From assembly GCA_964343205.1 (NCBI GenBank), contig CAYFID010000002.1, positions 1 through 48,113 of the forward strand: a DNA stretch of 48,113 nucleotides, in the 5' to 3' direction. The position numbers were made by a program, and so were the translations under genes. Of this stretch, positions 1 to 7,200 are shown piece by piece. Source of the DNA: an uncultured Candidatus Poseidoniales archaeon (GTDB lineage Archaea; Thermoplasmatota; Poseidoniia; Poseidoniales; Thalassarchaeaceae). The notes below the pieces were generated by a model. The model searched no databases and was not told the DNA's origin. It saw only the letters and a program-made list of their open reading frames with translations. Numbering within the stretch: the stretch's first letter is position 1; each line of letters starts with the position of its first letter.

Positions 1-41
1 TGTCCTTGGCCCTGTCCTTGGCCCTGTCCTTGGCCCTGTCC
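1..41. repeat. 12-nt tandem repeat (tgtccttggccc x3, plus a partial copy) encoding a (Gly-Gln)n tract in the minus-strand gene
   Basis: Positions 1-12, 13-24 and 25-36 are identical, and 37-41 begins a fourth, degenerating copy. On the minus strand the unit reads GGC CAA GGA CAG, which is GQGQ. The array is cut by the window edge. Confidence 0.9.
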
Positions 42-548
42 GTCCTCACCTTCGCCACCGCCCTCGGTGCCTCCGTCTCCGGTCCCGTCTCCCTGGAAGT
101 CAGGGTCATACGCGTCGGGTATGCCATCTCCGTCAGAGTCGGAAGCGGCCCCGTCGTTGGGGTCGTTCGGGTATGGATCATTAGCGTCGTTTGTCCCGTC
201 GCCGTCGGTATCAGCCGAGTTGGGGTTGGTTCCAGTCTCGTACTCCTCTAGGTTAGAGAGGCCGTCTCCATCTGGGTCCGCGTTACCGTCGGCAGCCGAG
301 TTGGGGTTGAGTCCGTAGTTGACCTCCCAGCCGTCAGGCATTCCGTCGTTGTCGGTATCAGGGTTATTCATGTCCGTGCCAGCCTGCTGCTCTTCTGCGT
401 TGGTAAGGCCGTCTCCGTCCCAGTCGGCTCCGCCATCTGACGGGTCTAGGGGGTCGGATCCATCGGCGCCGACACCGGTAGATCCGGCCATGAGCACCAA
501 GAGTAGGGCTGTAATCACACTAGCTTTCTTCGAATTATACATCATCAT
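1..548 (-). CDS. Secreted calcium-binding repeat protein with thrombospondin type-3-like DxDxDG repeats. Only the N-terminal part is present; the C-terminus runs off the left edge.
   Basis: This ORF is absent from the supplied track because it has no stop inside the window. The reverse complement of 548..1 reads without stops: MMMYNSKKASVITALLLVLMAGSTGVGADGSDPLDPSDGGADWDGDGLTNAEEQQAGTDMNNPDTDNDGMPDGWEVNYGLNPNSAADGNADPDGDGLSNLEEYETGTNPNSADTDGDGTNDANDPYPNDPNDGAASDSDGDGIPDAYDPDFQGDGTGDGGTEGGGEGEDGQGQGQGQGQG. It has a hydrophobic signal-like N-terminus followed by at least four D-x-D-x-D-G-x-x-D/N-x-x-E units. Three consecutive ATGs lie at 540..548, and an in-frame stop (plus-strand tta at 564..566) closes the frame just upstream. 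Confidence 0.8.
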   Translation of the reverse strand, partial: MMMYNSKKASVITALLLVLMAGSTGVGADGSDPLDPSDGGADWDGDGLTNAEEQQAGTDMNNPDTDNDGMPDGWEVNYGLNPNSAADGNADPDGDGLSNLEEYETGTNPNSADTDGDGTNDANDPYPNDPNDGAASDSDGDGIPDAYDPDFQGDGTGDGGTEGGGEGEDGQGQGQGQGQGQG

Positions 549-563
549 ATTGTCACTTCCAAA

Positions 564-572
564 TTAAAATAA
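564..572 (-). promoter_or_regulatory. Candidate archaeal TATA box for the TSP3-repeat gene, implying a leaderless or near-leaderless mRNA
   Basis: The minus strand reads cccggaaaTTATTTTAAtttggaagtgacaatATGATGATG. The A/T box is centred about 20-26 nt upstream of the three ATGs and is preceded by a purine-rich BRE-like ggaaa. Confidence 0.3.
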
Positions 573-795
573 TTTCCGGGAGGAGGGATGTTTGCTTGGA
601 GCGAGCCCAGACTCTTGTTCGTCAACAGCCAATACGCGGTACTGCGCGTCATTTATGGTGTTCTCGAACTCGTTAATTTCTGTCCTGGCTCCTCCTTTTT
701 TCATCATCCAATCTCACGGGCTTTCTCAGGGAACCCACTGTTCCCTCTGGCTACGGAGAGGAGTAGTGCGTATTTAACGGGTTCCCGTGATAGTT

Positions 796-1158
796 TCACG
801 GGGTGATTCTTGACAACTCTGCGCGGAATTTAGCCGACCCCATGAAGTGAAGGACGGGAACAACTAGTGAAGAAATGGCCAATACCCCGAAAAACAGGCC
901 CGACCAAAGCTCTATTCCGGTACCAATAGAGAGGAAAAGGATCCATCCCACCAAGACGACGGCCCAAGGGAGGTGCCTCCTGGTGTAGAGGGACAGTCTG
1001 GCATTGAGTATCTCGTCAGAGTAGTACTGAGGAGTATTCTCGGGATCCACCAGACCTTCCTCTATCCCGCATCGGGAGCAAACCTGGTAGCGAGGCCCGT
1101 TTCCGCTGATGAACTGGGTCTGCGGGTAGTTCTGCTTGCATATCCTGCATGCCGGCAT
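796..1158 (-). CDS. Small membrane protein with an N-terminal zinc ribbon (CxxC...CxxC) and two C-terminal hydrophobic helices
   Basis: The 120-aa ORF begins MPACRICKQ...YQVCSRCG, giving four Cys in two CxxC pairs. Two hydrophobic stretches follow: WAVVLVGWILFLSIGTGI and LFFGVLAISSLVVPVL. It lies 46 nt downstream of the giant gene on the same strand. Confidence 0.6.
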   Translation of the reverse strand: MPACRICKQNYPQTQFISGNGPRYQVCSRCGIEEGLVDPENTPQYYSDEILNARLSLYTRRHLPWAVVLVGWILFLSIGTGIELWSGLFFGVLAISSLVVPVLHFMGSAKFRAELSRITP

Positions 1159-1204
1159 ATAGCTCAGGTAGAACCACCTGCTTCCGCTCCTTCAAGGCTA
1201 CGGT

Positions 1205-4200
1205 TCAATCCTCAAGGGCCTCGTCAATGAATGACGTGTCGATATTGTCTGAATCGTCCTCTTCGTCATCGAGGTCGTCAGCGAGGACGTTGAGGTCCTG
1301 TAGCCCTATCTCCTCGGTGTCCGATTCTAGCAGGTCGCCAACGGAAGCATCGGGATCCCACCAGTCCTCATCTAGACCCGCATCTGGGGTCTCCGTGGAT
1401 TCTTGTGAAATCTGGTCTTCATCTTCTTTCTGGGGACGGAGGGTGGAATCCATCTCCTCCTCCTCGGAAATCCCCCTGGCTTCTCTGGCGAGCTCCTCCT
1501 CCATTTCCACCTCGAGAGTCCCCATCTCCCACGGTTGAGGGGCAGCCCGATCCTTTGGCCTGATTATGAGAACCGCACCGAGGAGTACCATCATGGCAGA
1601 AATGAGGGCGATGAACATGTTAAGGTCGCCATCTACTAGCTGGTCGAACCAGGACGAGTCTCCGGGGGACCGGTCGGTCACCATTCCACCTGGTGAGAAT
1701 TCGGTGAGGGGGTAGACACGGATAGGGTCAACTGCCAGCCTGTGGACCACGCCATCGAAGGCAACTACTGCTAGCCAGTAGGGAGAGGATGGGCTCACCG
1801 GAGTGGGGCCGATCGAGTCGAACGAGGCGTTAGGGGAGGTAATCGACGAGGCGACTAGGATGGCGTCCCTAGTGTCAGAGAACTCCATGTTGCTTGCATA
1901 GATCGAGTAGGAAATAACCTGAGGGTCATCTGAGCTCTTCCAGAGAACCTCAATGGAAGACTCTGTTTCGTCCCAGTAAACCATCACCTCTGTGACTATT
2001 GGGAGGTGGATTCCCGGATCCTGGGATTTCTCGTCCACTGGGCTGATCATTGATGTCTTGAGATTGTCCATCCAAGAGTTTCCTGAGGAGTCCACGGAGA
2101 CCACTGCAACCCACATGGGGACGTCTGGCTGGATCGCCTCACCTCCTGAAACCGTCTCCAGCAGGGTCTGGCCTCCCCATTCGGTCCTATCCAAGACCAG
2201 TGCAGGCTCCAGCCCATCGGCGCTGTCGAACGGCACTCCCGCGACCGCGTAAATCCAATACTCGCCTATGTCGGGGGCAGTGCTTGCGGAGAAGGACACA
2301 TAGATGCCGTCTCCGGAGTCGGGAGAGCGGTCTTCTAGTGTTGGGGGTGGGACCCTCTCTGGGGGGAATAGGTCCCCCCTGTTATCTATAGGGGTAACCA
2401 GTGCGAGATAATCACCCAAACCAGTTAGAACGACGTTGCCGGCTATGTCGTGTACTGTGACTACGACATACAGAGGCAGGTCTGGGGATATCCCAGAAAG
2501 CGATAGCGAGCTAGCATCTGTGCCGTACAAAGCGCTGGTGATGGTTATCTCCAGTCTTGGTGAGTTGCCGATCTGGCGCTGGTCTATCGTGATTAGCCCG
2601 CACTGGCCGCTAGATTCGCATGTGGATGAGATCGCGGTAAGGTCGTCGAGAGGGAAGTCGGATACCCAGACGGTGTAGTGGCTGAAGTCCTCGGACATGC
2701 TCCTGTCCCAGCTAACGTCGATCGCCGTCCCGTCGTCTTCTGGGTGGTCCCAGGCCTGGAGGCCGAATGCCGGGTCTGGAGGGAAGCCTTCGTCTGAGTC
2801 AAATTCCGAGTAACTCGTTGTCTCCACTACTAGGACATCGTCGAGGTTCTGATTGCCCCAATCGTCGACGGCTACTACTCCAACCCAATATACTAGTCCG
2901 TTCTCCAAAGAGGAGTTGCCGATTGAGTCGATTGTGAATGATTCTGTCGTACAATCGGGAACGAAGGCCGCCACTGGCCATCCGTCGACCGAGGTAGGTG
3001 CCGTCCATCCCGAAGCGGGCAGGATGTAGATAACGTGGTAGGAGCAGTCATCCTCCTGGTTCGGATCCCAAGTGACGTTGATCCTCCCCCCTTCGTCATT
3101 TGGAGAGTCACTGGCCGAAGTCCCCGTTATTGGCGCGGGGGCAATCCCGTCATTTAGACCGCCGGCGGTTACCACTGGCCCTACCACAGTTGCATTTGCT
3201 GGATCGAACTGGCCGGACTCGTCGACGCAGGAAATAGCGAACCAATATGGTACGTTGCCCTCGAGTTCTAGAACTGTGGAGTTCCCAGCCGCGAAAGCGA
3301 AGTCGATCGGGTCAGAAAGAGCCAGCGCGTTGGTTATCTCCTGCTGTACCGCCCATATCCTGGACATCTGAGGGTCCAGTTCCTGACAAGCTGACCATTC
3401 TGCGGCGACTGTGCCAGGAATTCCTCCTGTCACGGGCTCAACAATAAACCAATCCGGTGGGATAGGCACCTCATCGGTGGGTGTGGCGTTCCCCTCCCAT
3501 GATATGGGCTCCCCGAGGGTTCCGTCGGGGTACTCGATCGTGATTGCTGCCCTGTACTGGCGTTGGTCAGAGAGTGGTGTCTCCGATCCATTGCTGTTGC
3601 CAGTTGTGAAAATAGTAGTAGTCTGGGACCAGAAGGGTATCCTCTGGTAAGAAGGCATTCCTTGTAGGTCGTCCTTAGTGGGATTCCAATCAGGATTGTC
3701 GGTTGAGTCCCAAAGGTAGATTCTGTAAGCTGTCCATGCGGAGTCTTGGGCTGGGAGCCAGGAAGCATGCAGAACTCCTCCACCGTCGTTTGGCCTATCG
3801 TAAAGGCTGGTCATCAGCGTAGGGGCCTCGAGCCGTTCCCAGTCATATGTGATCCTTAGCTTGATCTTCCCCTCGGTTGGTGACTGCAGTTGGAGGTGTA
3901 CCGAGGAGGAGGAGGAACCTGGAGGAGTGTTGAAAATCGCGGTCTGGAACGATTCTTCGATACCGGGGTCCAGGGCTGCTAAATCCCATGAGCCGGAGTA
4001 GTTCAGGATGGTGGATTTTACCCAGACCCAAGATCCCTTCTGGGGCGAGGAGAATGTTATCGAGCCGGGGTAAAGGAGTAATTCCGAGGAGTTAGCCTGA
4101 TTTGCGTCGATGGGTATTGAAATTGTGGACTCGTGGTTTACCAGGACTGTGGACATCCCAGGGAGGGTGCTTTCAGTTATGTCCACAGTCCTGTCCACGA

Positions 4201-7200
4201 AGATTGCCGTGAGGGGTGTGGCCCTCCTCTGGGCTTCCCTATCGACTTCGTTCAGTGACTCCATCGGCCTGTAGATGTGGAGTCCGTCCTCACCGATAGC
4301 AGCCAATCCCATCCAGGAGTCCGCATCCCCAGAAATTGCTCCTATAAGGTCGCCAATAGCCAGGACCTCGTGATTCCCCGCCGACCTTACAACGCTAATC
4401 TTGCTTGGCGAGATCACGGCAATGTTTGTTCCATCTGAGGTCAAATCCAAGATTGGCCAGGCCTGTAGGTCCAGAGCCCCTGGCCCTGCCTCCATTGACA
4501 TAGAAGACCCGTTCCAGTGGACTAAGGGCTGGCTGGAAGTAGCAATGTGAACTCCCCATTGGTCAGTGGCCACTGCCCTGACATCGTTGCTTGGAATCAT
4601 GTCGATGTTGTAAGTCCCGTTGGCGCTGTCCGTGGAAAGGTCCCATGCCGTGGCCCCCGGTCTCGTCAGGCCCTGTCCGTTGTGTGAGATGAACAAAGAG
4701 GCATCGTGAAAGATAGTGATCGTAGAGCCCGTTGAAGTGTCGTTAACGACCCTAGAAACTGGCTCGGCGTAAACTATCCCTGATACGAAGTCGCCCAGGA
4801 GGCCCTGTGCCCTTCCAATGGACCCCGCGACTGATAGGTTCTGGTCCAGAGCGATTATCCCCGTCGGCCCCCCGATAAGCACGGTACCATTTCCGATTAC
4901 AGTCGAAGGGGGTACGAATAGGTGATTGGAAATTGGCGTGGGTAGGCCGTCCACAGTCGTGATTGGATCGTCCCAGTCGCCCCTGGTTAGGTTCCATAGA
5001 CCTATGCCACCGTGGGTCGCCACCAGAATGTGATCCTCGTATTGGACGAAGTCGGTAACAATGTTGCTTGGAAGTCCGGCAATCAGGCTTCCCCGACCCC
5101 ATGTCCTGTTGTTGGGATCGAAGGATTGGAAGCCTGCAGAGCTTCCGTCCCAGCCCATCAAACCGACATACATCTGCCCCCCGTCCATTAGCAGCCCATC
5201 CATCTGGTTGTGTAGGGCGGGTGAAGTCGGGTGCAGTGTCCTCTGACTCAGATTGAAGGAGAATAGTCCCCCTCCTACGGTAGATGCCCAGATCTCCTCG
5301 TCTAAGAGCATGATCTCATTAATGCTCTCGAAGAGAGCGTCGAAACCGTACTGCCAGTTGACGGAGCCGTTGTCCAGAATTTCTCCCTGGAGCACTGTTG
5401 AGCCTAGGTAAGAGTCATCTGAAGAGCCAAGACTAACCCACACGTGGGTTTCGTTCGAAATCATCTCATTTACTACCCCTGATGGGAGTCCGACCAGCTC
5501 GTCGAATCCACCCTCGATCAGGCCGGTGCTGTCTAGTCTGTCCACTCTGTTTATTCCTGACAATGCTCCAGACCTCCCAATAGCGTACTCCCTATTATTC
5601 TCAGTTGGTGCCCTTACGATAGAGCAGGCGTCCATGCCCAGCCCGATAACCAGGCCTTGGGAGGCTGTGGATCCCGATGTTATTACCCGAGTGATGCCAC
5701 CGCTTCCGTCGTAATGGGACACAAGAAGCAGATTTTCGTCGTACAGCATCCCACCCGGGAAGACTGGGTTCCCTGAAACCCCCATATCTGTGGTCAGAGT
5801 CCCAAGGAAGTTGTTGGAGGAGTAGTCGAAGCGGTCTATTCCTGCGTCATCAGTATCGAAGCCGATGTACATGATGGCGTTTTCTTCGTCACAGGCCAGT
5901 GCCCTGACGTCCCTGTCTTCTAGGTTTGAGTTGTCTGTAGTTATCGGGGAAATCCACTCCTCTGTGACTCCATCGCCATCATGATCGGCTAGGTCAAACC
6001 TTGCGATTCCCCCGCCCGTTGCCCACCACTGCCAAGCGGTGAATCCTATCGCAATGTTGACGATGTCATGGCACAATACTATGTCGGCCCCGTAGCCGTC
6101 TGGTATCTCATTGGAGTCTACCTCCCACGTGGACCAGTTGCTGTTGTTCCCGGAGAGGCGCATCAGATGCCCGTCGTTCCCGTATCCTGAAGCCGCCCAA
6201 AGATCGTCCCCTACTACTTTCATGGAGTAGAAATCTAGCTCTGACTCAGATGGAAGGCCATCTCCTGGGAGCCACGAGGGGAGCCAAGACTCGTTGGCCG
6301 GGTTCCATCGCAATATGCCGTTCATGCTGGCGAAAAGGTACTCTCCCTGGTACTCCACCATACCCCTGATTCTACCATCAACATCGTTCCACTGGTTCAA
6401 CAGTGTCATGTTCCCCGCGGAGAACCGCCGGAGGATGTTATCCCCATAGGCAACCCATAGCTCACAAGAGCCATTGAGGGGGTAGCAGTCCCCTAGGTAC
6501 TGCGCATTCACCCTTCCTACGTCTCCTATAGTCTGTAGGTCGTCCTCCCAGTCGTTCGAGGTTGTGTTCCACCTGACAATTGTGCCTGGGTCTCCGGATC
6601 CACCCCAACCAGAGGTACCAACTACGCTAATCCAAACCTCGTCACCGATGGTGTTCATCCCGTGAATAACTCCCTGGAATCCCAAGCGGTCTCCGGCGTC
6701 GATTTCGGAGAGTGAAGTGTTGTTGTTCAGGTTTATTCTGTAAACCTCGTCTCTGGAGTTCCAGGAGTTTGCCCTCTGTGGCGAGTAGTACATCACATCT
6801 TCAACTATCAGTATCTCTGCTGGAGAGTAGTTCGGTAGTGTGGGGCCGTCTTGGTTCGACCCTCGGCCCCACTGAGTGATAACAGAACCGTTGTATAGGT
6901 CAATCAACGTCAGTCCAAAGTCTCCGCCAGCCCACATTGTCCCCTGCTGCCTGCCCTCAATAAGAGCGGTTACGTCGTCATCGTCCAGTATGCCCTGAGA
7001 GCCGTCCCAAGGCACCATCCATTCTCCTGAGCTGAGATTGTATCGAGCTATCCCCAAGTTCTCGAATCCAAGGTAAAGCACATCGGCAAATTTCACGACC
7101 CTCGCCCTGTCAGTGTCATCTCCTGCTGACCAGACTTCCACTACGGTCCCATTGGAGGTGTTGATCACCGCTGCTCCTTCGGTAGTACCTGCGTAAAGCA

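Noticed and set aside
1-41. Possible CRISPR-like or satellite array at the left edge
   Set aside because: The unit is only 12 nt with no spacers, and it is in frame with the minus-strand ORF, where it encodes GQ repeats. It is a coding microsatellite, not a CRISPR array.
6-567. Plus-strand ORFs 6..251, 67..318 and 319..567 from the track
   Set aside because: Their products are low-complexity (S/P/V/G-rich) and lie exactly antisense to the well-formed minus-strand TSP3-repeat ORF. They are mirror-frame artefacts of a repetitive Asp/Gly-rich gene.
588-806. 72-aa plus-strand ORF preceded by a striking gggaggaggg run directly before its ATG
   Set aside because: The purine run abuts the ATG with 0-3 nt of spacing, which is too close for a functional SD. 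The product has no motif, TM helix or compositional resemblance to real proteins in the window. The region is better explained as the promoter/5' region of the minus-strand gene plus the 3' hairpins of the zinc-ribbon gene (agggaac/gttccct at 728-746 and cccgtga/tcacggg at 784-802). A real micro-ORF cannot be fully excluded.
1149-1538. 129-aa Ser-rich plus-strand ORF, and many other 60-120-aa ORFs inside 1205-9814 on both strands
   Set aside because: All are nested within or antisense to the uninterrupted 8.6-kb ORF and have skewed S/R/P composition typical of off-frame translation.
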